Both the position numbers and the translations under genes were made by a program. A stretch of 64,000 nt of DNA from Owenia fusiformis (taxonomy: Eukaryota). The stretch covers positions 12,586,001 through 12,650,000 of the forward strand of contig CAIIXF020000001.1 of the NCBI GenBank assembly GCA_903813345.2, in the 5' to 3' direction. The number at the start of each line of letters is the position of its first letter. The stretch's first letter is position 1. Of the stretch, positions 1 to 12,800 are shown piece after piece. The notes under the pieces were generated by a model. It was not told the origin of the DNA, did no database searches, and worked only from the letters and a program-made list of their open reading frames with translations.

Positions 1-348
1 TTATAAATTAAAACAGATGTCTGCTATTTGATTGATGTAACATATTAATAAGTGACAATATTATATGTAAGAACCATTGAAAACAACCAATACAAGACTC
101 TCAGTGTTCATGTAATATAATACGAGACTAGGTATATTTCAAATGGCTCACCTACACAAGAGGAAGTTAATTGTCATTCTGATCCTCATAGCATCTTTCT
201 GTTTCACCTGAAACATCTCAGGGCTGAGAAGAAATGAGATGTCATGGTATATCATGATGGTTAATTGTACTAATATACATTTATTCAATTATGTGTAATT
301 GTTCAACTGAATTAAAAATAATCATATCCTTATTGCATAAAATAATAA

Positions 349-735
349 ATAGGGGTTATGCACTGGGAGGTTTTGGATACAGGGAATATCCCGAGGGATA
401 TACAATATATCTTCCCGAGGGACCGAAGGGACCAAGGGAAGATATATTGTATATCCCAAGGGATATTTCCTGTATCCAAACCGACCGTGGATAAAAAAAC
501 TTTTTTTTTTCACATTTTTTGCAGAATTTTTTTTTAGAATTTTTTTTAGAATTTTTTTTCAAAATTTAAAAAAAAATTTACATAATTTTTTTCCCAAAAT
601 TTATTTTTACATTTTTTTCAAAATTTTTGTTTTGAGCGGGACATACGATTTATATGTCCCGGAGCTCCGTTGGAGCGGAAGATACGAAAAATATTTGCCC
701 GGATATGGAATATATTCCCGGTTGATATGTCCCTG
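349..735. repeat. Probable non-autonomous element with internal inverted repeats and a T-rich tract
   Basis: ttggatacagggaatatcccgagggatatacaatatatcttccc (375-418) is inverted at 436-480. Related cccgg/gatat motifs recur at 640-735. Confidence 0.5.
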
Positions 736-778
736 AAACCTCATCAGGTATGGAATACATATAAATCTATTATTTCAG

Positions 779-2855
779 ATACAGGTTCACCTGTATGTAG
801 TACAGGAAACAATTTGAAACAGTTTGTGAATAGATACAACATGGGTGCACAAGGATCCTCTGATTGTGAACATATAGCATCACATAAAAATATTAGATCA
901 CTTGCTGAGTGTATGGTACAAGCATGCAGTGACTGTGCAAATGTCTTCAATTATCGGAATGTAACACCTCACAGTGGATGCTTTACAAAATGGTGTTGTA
1001 TGAGAGATGGAGATTATGATTTTGAATTAATCAAACAAAATGGTCCCTATTTCGTTTATGCTTTAACATGTGAGTTAATCACTTTACAATATATTTGAAT
1101 GTATAAATCAAACTATTAATATACAGGTATACATATAATTATCTATCATTATCATGCTGTTTGATAAAAAATCTCTAATCCTCAGTATTAATTCGTTGAA
1201 TAATAACTTTGTCTTATTCTTTCAACTCTACACACGGACATATAATCATCAATTGTGAAGGCAATAAACCTATATACAAGGCAATAACAAACAAAATGTC
1301 ATCACCTGCCATTTGGTACATTTGTTACTGGCGCCGAACTCTGGATGCTGACTGCTGGATGCTAAACAAAGTCCACAAAAAGTAGTAAATAAAACAATGT
1401 CTAAAACATAATGGCGATATGACCATAGAAGATAAGTGGGCAAGTGGTTTATGTGTAATAATCTATAATTCATTTGTTATCTAATAATTGAATATGGTTC
1501 TTTTACATTCTAGTGGATGATATAGTGGACAATGGTTTCAAACCACCTATACCAGAGTGCAGAGTAACCACCATTGCAACAACAGAAGCTCTCACATCTG
1601 CAATACCAACTGAACAAGATGTTACAACTGAACCAACTACAACTGACTTGGGTACAATCAATATAACTATAGTAGACACCTCAGCACCTTCAGAGGCAAC
1701 AAACACTCCACATACACATTTTTATAGTATGAACACAGATTGCAATTCAAATCAAAATATAAGTTTAATGCATGTAATCCACAATCTATGATTACTTTAA
1801 CATTTGTGGCACCTTGAAATATTTTTGCAATAACAATTTATTTACTTAGTAACAATGAACTTATTCAGGAACTTCGTGTCCCCAACTTATGCATTTCTGA
1901 TATCAATTTTACTATAAAGCCTGGTTGTTCAACTGTAAAAGTTATCTTATAGTGATTTAATATGTAGCAATACTACTTGTACTTAAGTATATGCAATTTA
2001 TTGATTGCAGCTGTTATTGGTGTGGTGTCTGGGTTGTTAGGACTGGTGATCATCATCCTTGTTGTGGTCATCATCTTCATGAACATGTGAGTAAACCATA
2101 ATGCTACATTCATAAATTCACTTTCCAAAATAATCGTTTTCGGATTCAAACATAGAAAGTAGAATATCTTTCTTCGGCCAATAAAGCAAACTCAACAATT
2201 CAGTGCCTCACCAGATCATGATGCCATGTCTGTTCTTTGCTATTTCAGGAGACAGAAAAAGAGTCCAACAAGAAATAACAGGACAGAACAGAATAACAAT
2301 TTGCCAGCTGTATCAAATAACCCATCACAAAGTGGTCCTATCATTGAAAATGTATATCAAAATGAAGTCCATGTTTATCAAAATGAAGTCAATGCCCACC
2401 ATAATGAAGTTAATCAGTACCAAAATGAAGTGAATATATGCCCAAATGAAGTCCATGTGTATCAAAATGACGTTAATCAAACGGAACCAGTCATTCATCA
2501 TATGGGTGAAAAATCCAAAGATTCCTCCAATATCAGAGACCATGACGAAAAACCTTTGAACACAAAACATGAAGGACCCCAATATAAAGCAAACCCAACA
2601 ACAGCCCAAGTTAGAAGAAGTGAACTGTACACAAAAGTTGATTTGAAGAACAAACCAAAACAATCTAATGCCATTAAAACTACCCATGATACCCTCGACA
2701 AAGAATCTACTGGCAAAGACAATCCTATGTATCAACATCAAGAGTTACAGAATGACAGAGCATGTCTACAAGGATTGACTTCAGGACATCCAAAACTTAA
2801 AAGCAACTCGATATATTTCGCAAGTGATGATGACTATTCTTTGGAGACATGCTGA
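779..2855 (+). CDS. Receptor R1 (5'-partial): Cys-rich domain 2, mucin stalk, TM, Tyr-rich tail
   Basis: Exons 779-1069 (domain), 1514-1726 (Thr-rich), 2011-2086 (TM VIGVVSGLLGLVIIILVVVIIF) and 2249-2855 (tail, ends TGA). GT/AG boundaries give phases 1,1,1,2. Signal and domain-1 exons were not found and are presumably upstream of the window. Confidence 0.85.
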
Positions 2856-3319
2856 TTTTAGATGAAAATAGGAAATCGCATTTTGAGATTACAAAATAAT
2901 ATAATCAAATGTACTTCTTCAGGTGAACATCAAACAACAGGTTGAGTTTACCTGAAAAAGATAGACATACATAAATATCTTGAAAATATCCTAAATCAAC
3001 CATTTTGTTTCATTTTGAATAGTCATGTGGCTTTGATTGTTCATTGGACAGAACTTTGATACTACGTTACCAATAATAAAAATTTAGCACATAGGCATTA
3101 TAATCTACATGAACTTCCCTTCTATGAATATCATTTATATCAAATACTAATAATTTTTTAGCTTTCACATACTTCCTTATTGTTATATAAACATATATTA
3201 TATGTAATGTGTAAGATAAAAGCAAAAATAAAAACTCTCATAATCTCATAAACAGTTATAAATGTTATTCATTTAAATCCTATCAGTGCAAGTAATGGCC
3301 CTTATAGAGAGAGTAGTAA

Positions 3320-3688
3320 GGGACCAATGCAAGAGAGCAATGTCAGATAATGATCTATTTTCTGATAGTTCAGAAGGAAAAAAAATGAAACTACACATCT
3401 TTTGAAAATCAGTGGTCCTCATCTGGTTATAGAGAGATGTCTAAAATGCCAAATAATCTGACCGTTACTGTCATGAGACAGTGGACAGTCACTGGCTTTA
3501 TAAAAAATATAAGAAAAAGAGAAATACATTTGCTACATAGGTTGCTCAAAGTTATGACGATATCTCTTAAAAATGCTTCAAGTGTCAAAATCTCTCATAT
3601 ACATAAAACAGGGCAGGGGGGTAGCTGTGGGTTAATTATCAAAATATAGTTCACTCACTCTCCAATGTTGAACTTTTGCATTGGTCCC
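3320..3688. mobile_element. PIF/Harbinger (Tourist-like) MITE, with a second copy at 4559-4927
   Basis: TIRs gggaccaatgcaa / ttgcattggtccc are flanked by a TAA duplication. The paralogous empty site (agtaacaggaag) lies upstream of R4 at about 14851. Confidence 0.8.
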
Positions 3689-3859
3689 TAACAGGAAGTA
3701 TTTTTGAAAAATAAGTGAAAATCATGAAGTGGCTGATAAGACATCATAGTTAAAATCATCAATTCTACTTAAAAATTACTTTCACAAACTATGTTTACAT
3801 AAACTTCATTTTTGAAATAATTAAATCAACTGTATATTCAAACAGAATCTATCAAAATA

Positions 3860-4150
3860 ATGAAAAACACGATATATTTTGGATTACTCATTGGATCACT
3901 ACTGAATGTGAACCTTGCATCATTTAATAAATATGCCAATGGTAAGTATATTCAAGTTTTGCTAATTGTAGAGAGACAAATCATCTCGAGATATTTAGGA
4001 AACAAACAATGTGATATTTAAGTTTACAATGGTATGTTTTATGGTCAAACTTTCTTTCACCTGTATTATTAAAAGTGTTTTTCAAATTTGTAGATCAACA
4101 ATCCTGTAATTTTCATTTGATAAGGAAGAGAGAGGATAAAAAAGCAAGTA
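3860..4150 (+). pseudogene. Duplicated, truncated copy of R2 exon 1 and the start of exon 2
   Basis: Matches 5099-5389 at an offset of 1239 and breaks off after KKAS at 4150. Confidence 0.85.
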
Positions 4151-5098
4151 TTAATTCGTTGAATAATAACTTTGTCTTATTCTTTCAACTCTACACACGG
4201 ACATATAATCATCAAAATATGAAAATATCCTAAATCAACCATTTTGTTTCATTTTGAATAGTCATGTGGCTTTGATTGTTCATTGGACAGAACTTTGATA
4301 CTACGTTACCAATAATAAAAATTTAGCACATAGGCATTATAATCTACATGAACTTCCCTTCTATGAATATCATTTATATCAAATACTAATAATTTTTTAG
4401 CTTTCACATACTTCCTTATTGTTATATAAACATATATTATATGTAATGTGTAAGATAAAAGCAAAAATAAAAACTCTCATAATCTCATAAACAGTTATAA
4501 ATGTTATTCATTTAAATCCTATCAGTGCAAGTAATGGCCCTTATAGAGAGAGTAGTAAGGGACCAATGCAAAAGAGCAATGTCAGATAATGATCTATTTT
4601 CTGATAGTTCAGAAGGAAAAAAAATGAAACTACACATCTTTTGAAAATCAGTGGTCCTCATCTGGTTATAGAGAGATGTCTAAAATGCCAAATAATCTGA
4701 CCGTTACTGTCATGAGACAGTGGACAGTCACTGGCTTTATAAAAAATATAAGAAAAAGAGAAATACATTTGCTACATAGGTTGCTCAAAGTTATGACGAT
4801 ATCTCTTAAAAATGCTTCAAGTGTCAAAATCTCTCATATACATAAAACAGGGCAGGGGGGTAGCTGTGGGTTAATTATCAAAATATAGTTCACTCACTCT
4901 CCAATGTTGAACTTTTGCATTGGTCCCTAACAGGAAGTATTTTTGAAAAATAAGTGAAAATCATGAAGTGGCTGATAAGACATCATAGTTAAAATCATCA
5001 ATTCTACTTAAAAATTACTTTCACAAACTATGTTTACATAAACTTCATTTTTGAAATAATTAAATCAACTGTATATTCAAACAGAATCTATCAAAATA

Positions 5099-8000
5099 AT
5101 GAAAAACACGATATATTTTGGATTACTCATTGGATCACTACTGAATGTGAACCTTGCATCATTTAATAAATATGCCAATGGTAAGTATATTCAAGTTTTG
5201 CTAATTGTAGAGAGACAAATCATCTCGAGATATTTAGGAAACAAACAATGTGATATTTAAGTTTACAATGGTATGTTTTATGGTCAAACTTTCTTTCACC
5301 TGTATTATTAAAAGTGTTTTTCAAATTTGTAGATCAACAATCCTGTAATTTTCATTTGATAAGGAAGAGAGAGGATAAAAAAGCAAGTACATGTTTCTGG
5401 GTAGATGGATTAAGGGATACTTCTCTCGAAGAGTGCAAACAGTTGGCATGTTTAAAGAATGCCAATATAATAAATTGGAATAGTAGTTCAAGATCCTGTC
5501 AAATAAGGAAATGTGAGAAACACAAAGAACTTGATGACTGGGACTTTCAAGAAAGATATTCAATGGCGCAGGAAGTGTACTCTATTCCATGTAAGTGTTA
5601 ATATGACAGATTCATAATGCTATTCCATTTTTTTTTTTAGTTATGAAGGTTCTTCAAATTCTTGAAGTTGCTCCACTGACTTTTTAGTGCATGTATCTTT
5701 AATACAGTGGTGAGTTCAAAACTAAAAATATTTGCGGTCTAGTGAGGTCTTCTTGGGCCAGAACTTAGATCCAAAACCTACTTGCAGTCATTAATTGGTA
5801 ATCACCATATTTAATTGATCATTTTTGCTTCCCTGAGATTTTTTATTTTTTATTTATTCATCATAAAAATATATACAAAACATGCAACATGTCACAATCT
5901 AAGACACCACAGTGGCATATACAAGACGTATCACGTGCTAAAAAAAGTCTTCTAGATAGAAAAAATGTAAGACTAGAGTCTATATGGTCTATATGCTATA
6001 AGCTACTGTACACATGATAAAGTATAATTGATACTAACAGATTAAACTTTCTAATGATTATATACATAGTGACAATTGTTGATGTGTCCCAAAAATGCTA
6101 GTAAAATGAAATCACTTATAAAATAGAACAAAGTATATTGGACTTTGAGTTAAATATAATGTTTTAAGAGTTCAGATTTGAAATGCTTCTTAAAATTTAT
6201 TATTGAGTCATATTTTTTAATGTTATCAGAAATTGCACTCCAGATAAGAGGGCCATATTAACTGATTGAAAAAATGCTAGCTTTTCCAATATGAAAATCA
6301 TTTTTTCTACGAGTGTTGTAAGAGTGAACTGAGTTATTTTTTATTAGTTTTATTTCTGGTATTGTTGAGAATTTATCATTGCCTTTTTCTACATCAAACA
6401 TGAACATTGCAGTATTAATTTTGTTTACATCAAATATATTAAGAATACCCAGATCCTTAAAAAGGGGAGCTGAGTGGGTTTGTTGATTTTTATTGTATAC
6501 AAGTCGAACAAAACGTTTTTGTTTTAATTTTAAAATAAATCTGTATTAAAATTTTAATTTTGATTAATGATATTAATCTTAGACTTATGATTTTGCTTGA
6601 TGATTTAATGTATTTAATTTCAGATCCAGGTTCACATAAATGTGGACAGAGACACTATGTTAACAGAATGAATATTGAGTCTAATTCATCATCTCAATGT
6701 ACACATATAGCCCCTCATCCTCACATTACCTCACTGACACAATGTATGGAACAGGCTTGTGAGGACAATGCAAATGTCTTCAATTACAGGGGTAAAAGCT
6801 ATTCAAACTATGAGTGTTACACCAAACGTTGCAGTCATATTCATAGTACTGGAGACTATGATTTTATGCTGTCCAAGGGAAATGGTCCATATTATATATA
6901 TGCTTTAACTTGTAAGTACCAATTTATATGGTTTATAACATTTAAAATAGTATATGAAATAGGACCATGAGCATGGTTCCAAAAGGTAACCGGACAACTC
7001 ATCCCCTAGTTCCAAAATATTGTATATACATTTAGTAGTGACTAATATGTCATTGTTATGACCTAAGAGAGTCAATGATAATATATATTTGATATTTAGT
7101 GGAGCCTATAGAGGTTACTACGGAAACTCCAACCACAACAACAACCAAAGAAACAACATCAGGCTATATTAATACAACAGAGTCAATCCATTTATCTACA
7201 TATGATGCTGCCTTAGAAACAACACAGGGTCATATTACTATAGGTGCTACTAATAGTACTATTACAATATCACCAACTGGAGTCCCAAGAAAGTGTGATA
7301 TAACAGGTAGGGTATGATATGCATATTCTATTTCTGGCTCACCATGTACATGTACTTCAGTTTTTCTCCAATCAGGACTTTGTTAAGTAAATGCGATGAC
7401 AAAGATATATGACCATACTAGCAAATGGCTGATGTCATCTTTGAACTATTTGAACATGTATGAATATAACCTGATCAATAGGGTTTTGTTCACTTTCAAC
7501 AAATGAAACCTGCATGTACTTACCACTATAATCTAGAGTCAGTCACATAATTTAACAAGAAATGCATACATTGTTTCCTCATGTTATATTCTGGTATGTA
7601 TTTTATTGCAGCTATTGTAGGGGCAGTTGTTGGTATCACCCTGCTTGTGATTGCAGCATTCATTATCTTCATCATCATTATATACAGGTATAACTATCTA
7701 TGTGTAGCGCTTAGAATAAAATAGTTCGTTTATGTATATAAGTGTCCTATATCATACAAAATTTAGAAAATAATATAAAAGCCAAAAATGGCATACTGTA
7801 TCAGCATAACTTAACAAGAGTGAGATTGGTTTACTTGCAGAAGATCGAAAAAGAGATGCAACCCAACCACAGATGGTGACAAACAGATTGAACCTGTATA
7901 TCTCAATGATCCAAACAGCACTAATCTGAATGAATCTGAAATGCATAACTACGAGAATAAGGGAATGTGGAACCCAACCACGGATGGTGTAAAGCAGATT

Positions 8001-8468
8001 GAACCAGTTGAACCTGTTTATCTCAATGATCCAAACAGCACTAACCCAAATGAATCTGAAATGCATAACTACGAGAATAAGGGAATGTGGAACCCAACCA
8101 CAGATGGTGTAAAGCAGATTGAACCAGTTGAACCTGTTTATCTCAATGATCCAAACAGCACTAACCCAAATGAAACTGAAATGCATAACTACGAGAATAA
8201 GGGAATGTGGAACCCAACCACAGATGGTGTAAAGCAGATTGAACCAGTTGAACCTGTTTATCTCAATGATCCAGACAGCACTAACCGAAATGAAACTGAA
8301 CTGCATAACTATGAGGACATAAATTTGGACAATAGAACTCAGAATGAAGCAAACCTATACTGTAGGTTGGATTTGAACAGTGAATCAAAGCACCCCAAAG
8401 TTGAAGATGATAAAGAAACCCCTTATGCAGAATCCCCTTTAAAAGATGTGAATAAATCCAAGCAATAA
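5099..8468 (+). CDS. Receptor R2 (type A), tail with 40-aa repeats and an early stop
   Basis: Exons 5099-5180 (signal MKNTIYFGLLIGSLLNVNLA), 5333-5590, 6624-6911, 7100-7306, 7612-7687 (TM) and 7841-8468. All junctions are GT/AG and in phase. Confidence 0.85.
7890..8315 (+). repeat. Coding 120-bp tandem repeat (about 3.5 copies) in the R2 tail
   Basis: Units start at 7941, 8061 and 8181 (MHNYENKGMWNPTTDGVKQIEPVEPVYLNDPNSTNPNESE). Confidence 0.95.
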
Positions 8469-9259
8469 TATGTTGGGTTAGGTCCAAAATATGGAGTCTA
8501 ATTCCATATACTCTATCAATTACAATGACTCTTCCCCAATGCAACCCGTTACAAAAAACTATCATCCCAAAGATCCCGTTGCTGGAAGTGAAGATAAGAA
8601 CATACCTTGCCAGGTACCAATTATGAAGACCAAAGAAATATATTCCATCAATGATGATCAATACTTTAATGGTCAAAATGTAGCAAAAGCCACAAATCAG
8701 ATAGATGATCTTTTAAAACTTTCAAGATTCACTTGAGTCAAGATATTGATACTTCCGTCATATCAAATGATCTAATTAAATGATACATAATCATAAACAG
8801 ACATTCAACAAGAATGATGGAATCCGTTTGAAATCATTTATGTCTTTAGATGTGCGCTAGCAGTCAAAGTTTATTAGGTATAGTTATGAAATAGCAACAC
8901 ACTGAGATAATGAAATTTGAAAAACTGGTATTCAAGAGGATAAAGAATTACACAGAAAAATAGCATTTGGTGGTTGAAATCCTTTTGACATGTATACATA
9001 CATGTATCTATATACACTCTTTGCAAGGCACAAATACTTACAATTTGAAATACTTTATGTTTTCTCAGTATAATTCTTTATTCTCTTAATTAATAGCTTT
9101 CAGAATATTTGAGAATATTTTTTCACTTCCTTGTTCATAAATTGGTTTGATGTCAATGGAACTTGTACCTGTCAGTACTGTTTACTATTAATACATACAG
9201 TACTTATAGACATTATTGATAATGTAGAAGGTGGTTTAAAGAATAGAAAATTAGATCAT

Positions 9260-9587
9260 TGTCAAGATGTCACAATTGATGGTTTCCATGTTTATCAAAA
9301 TGATGATATGGAAATCAAGATAACACAAGACCCAAAATAGATTAGTATCTCCTTGATATAATGAACCATGACATTATCATAAACCCTACCAAATATGACC
9401 CAACAGCCACTGATCAGTTTCCTATGTTAGTGTTGAACTCCATTTATTCTGATGACTATTTATTTGGGTGTCAAATAATGAAATGAGCACTGAAAACAGA
9501 AATGGTTATGACACATTTAAAATTAAAAAGAATCATAAAAAGATATTGAAGTGATTGAAAATTGAGGCCAGATCAAAAGGTATTAAC
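9260..9587 (+). pseudogene. Degraded fragment of an R6-type cytoplasmic tail exon
   Basis: DVTIDGFHVYQNDDM...MNHDIII...DPTATDQFPML aligns with 28355-28694 but contains stops and indels. No upstream exons are present. Confidence 0.8.
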
Positions 9588-9852
9588 ATATTTCAAAATA
9601 TTTTACGAAGAAATGTGTGACATTTACTCAAACACTTTTATAACACATAATACATAAAGCAACCTCAAGTGGTCATCTAAAATGAAAATGCACCTGTATG
9701 TCATAACAATTAACCATATACTAAAACTTTTTGAAAAACATAAGACTGCTATGTCTATTTATTCTTATATTGTAACACAATATTCTGGTCAAACCCAACA
9801 CCTCAGAAGATTGGCGACAAAGATGATCTTTGGAAAACATAATGCTTTCATC

Positions 9853-12800
9853 ATGGAATTGATATATTTAATAACATTTATTTTTTATATGAAAAATATA
9901 TCAGGCAACATCAAAGCTGAAGGTAAATATAAATTATTTGTGGTTCTACAAGAATATACATTTGAGGTTAATTTACACTCAGTGACTGGTCCTTGGAAAA
10001 CACTTTCCAGAATTATAGTACATATTGACATGTAATATATAAATAAACAATAGGAAGATTAACAGGTCAGTAAAAATGTTCATGCAATAATTGTTACGAC
10101 AAGATTCATGGATTTTGCAAACAGCACATACACATAATTAAATAAAAGAGGGGAAAGGAGGAGGGAAAGTATCGATTTTGGACAGTCATATGTTGGATTT
10201 AAGCTATTTTCTGAGGATTTAAACATGTGCATATGTTAGATCAATGCATTACCTCCAGGAAAACCAATCATAGAGATGATAAAATAATTTTGACTTTGAG
10301 ACCGGGATACGGGAAGATCCAAACAACCCACCCACATGTTTTTCCTGAAATGTTGCTCTGATTTTCAACCCCTTCCACCCCTGCTTTTTCAATTTTTGTT
10401 GCATCAATATGTTGTGTTTTGAGACACAGTTAACAACTTTAAAGGAATAAGTAATTCCCATGTTATTTTCCCATGGGGAAAACTCATGCGATCCATTGCT
10501 TTCAGCTTCTTTTGGTCACCCATAAGGGATATCTTTAAAACCCCTGAAGGAATTACTTATTCCTTTAAAGGGGTTGCTTGTGTGTCAAAACGCAACATAT
10601 TGATGCAATAAAAATTGAAAAAGTAGGGGTGGAAGGGGTTGAAAATCAGAGCAACATTTCAGAAAAAAAACATGTGGGTGGGTTGTTTGCAACTTCCCCA
10701 ATCCTGGTCTCAAAGTCAAAATTATTTTATCATCTCTATGATTGGTTTTCCTGGAGGTAATGCATTGGCCTAACATATGCACCTGTTTAAATTCTCAGAA
10801 AATAGCAAAAATCCAACATATGACTGTCCGAAATCTGTTGCTTTCCCTCCTCCTTTCAGTAATCAAGGGTAGTATTTCAAATAAACCAAATATTGTTTCT
10901 CTTTCTAGAGTTGCAGATTAACAATATGGAAAAATTCCACCTTCTGAGAACCTCCCAAGAGTATGTTATAAGTAATTGTAAGCACATAAGCAAGGAGTTT
11001 TTTAATCTTTCTCAATGCCAACAAGAAGCCAGAGATAGAAATTGTAATGTGATCAATTGGTCCTCTAATGACAAAAGATGTTACCTAAAACGCTGTACCA
11101 ACCAAAGCACAGATGAAGAATGGGACTTCAAGTTTACAAAGTATACATGGCAAATGTATGAGGTTCATAGCATAGCATGTGAGTAAAAAAGCAGTTTACT
11201 GAATATATTGTTGATACAATTTGTGTGCTCCTATTATTTGATCGAATTCATAATATAGCGTAATTCTCAATGTCTTATAAAGATACATAGACTAATAAGT
11301 TGTTGTAATGAAATAAATTAAAACAGAACAATAGAACAGGCTCAATAGCATTGGTTTTAAAAAATTTTACATTCAAATATTATCTCAATAACAGGTGAAA
11401 TCAAGATACAACAAAAATGTGTTAGAGCAACAAATAATTTAACCCCACAGATGCAGGGTGCAATCAAATAAAATATAACAATGATGCTTATGTACTAGAT
11501 ATTGTACTAAGATACCGACTCATGTGATTTTAGATCCATCTACTCCAATATGTAAAGGCATTGTATTTGTCAATCGGAAGACATACAGTGATCAAAATAC
11601 CCCTGTTACATCTAACTGTCCTGATGTAGGAGAACACAAGCAACCTGCCAACTTACATCAATGTATGTCTAGTGCTTGTAGTCAGGGTGCCAATGTGTTC
11701 ATATACAGTTCAAGCACCCGTTTCTGCCAACCTAAGCGCTGCAACACCAAAGCTGATGGTATGTACAACTTACAGGTTGCAAACATTGATAATGATGATG
11801 GAAACCAGAGAGGATATGACATCTATGCCTTATCAGGTATGAAATTATATCTTTTATCCATTTTTGAATTTGTATTTCAATGTCAAACATTTGAAAACAT
11901 TTATCTTACAGCATACACTAATGTATTTGTGTAGAATGCAATGAATAAACAAAATCAAAACCAAAATACAACAAAACAAACAAGAATATCTAATAAATAC
12001 ACTATACTACTACATTTATGCATTTATTAATTTCATCATTGATAGCAACTCCTGTGCCTTGGACCACAGAGGGAACAACCATGGGCATTCAAGAGACTGA
12101 ATCCACAACAGGTCTGAGTACATCAACTGTTTTCTCAGGATATGAAATAATGATAATATGAAATCAAAATTGAAATCTGACTTCCAGTTGACATTCCATG
12201 ACTTTTTAAAAAAAGTTGAAATGGTCTTTTCAAAATTAGTTTTTTAGTTTTAAATAGGCTATAACTGTTAAAATGGACAAAAAATTTATGATTAAAGTCA
12301 AAACTTTGAAGATCAAATATCAGGGTAAAAAGCTTGGTTGATTCAAGGCTAAGAAAAGTTAGGAATCTGGAATCTTAAATTGAACTTGAACTTTGTTCAA
12401 TTTTACCATTCTAGTTATGATTGTCTCCATCGTAAGGCAACTAATTTAGCAATTAAAACAAATCACAAAATTATTCCAAGAGTTCTCAAGTATATTTTTC
12501 ATTTTTGCCATTCACCTGTATAATCTGAATTGGTTGTAAAATATGTGACCAAAAATAAGTCTTATTGTAAACACACAACCCACCATTTTAATACAATTAT
12601 AGTGGAAGCCAATGAGATAACTACAGAAACACAAACAACTGCAATAGCAACCACTGCAACAACACTCTCAATTACGCCTGAATCAACCCATACATCAATG
12701 TATGACCCTGTCTTGAATGCTACTCATAGCACTAAGAATGCTTCTAATCCTATCACAAAATCACCAGCTGGAGGAGCCCCTACCCAGATTAATACCATAG

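Larger units (their letters stand above)
2981..5389. repeat. Near-identical 1170-bp tandem duplication (2981-4150 / 4220-5389)
   Basis: Identical ORFs at 3437 and 4676. I spotted one substitution by eye (caagagag vs caaaagag). Confidence 0.95.

Noticed and set aside
170-260. Possible missing transporter or R1 exon at the window start
   Set aside because: It matches pieces of 40960-41315 in reverse, so it is a dispersed repeat, and it has no fitting reading frame.
2620-2645. LYTKV and similar motifs as canonical ITIMs
   Set aside because: The Y-2 residue is E, N or D rather than S/I/V/L, so they are reported only as YxxV motifs.
3437-3649. Identical 70-aa ORFs at 3437 and 4676
   Set aside because: They lie inside the duplicated MITE and show no splice or homology evidence.
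7752-8306. 184-aa hydrophobic minus-strand ORF with repeats
   Set aside because: It is the antisense shadow of the 120-bp coding repeat in the R2 tail.
10249-10782. Similar ORFs on opposite strands
   Set aside because: They result from the inverted arms of the foldback element.
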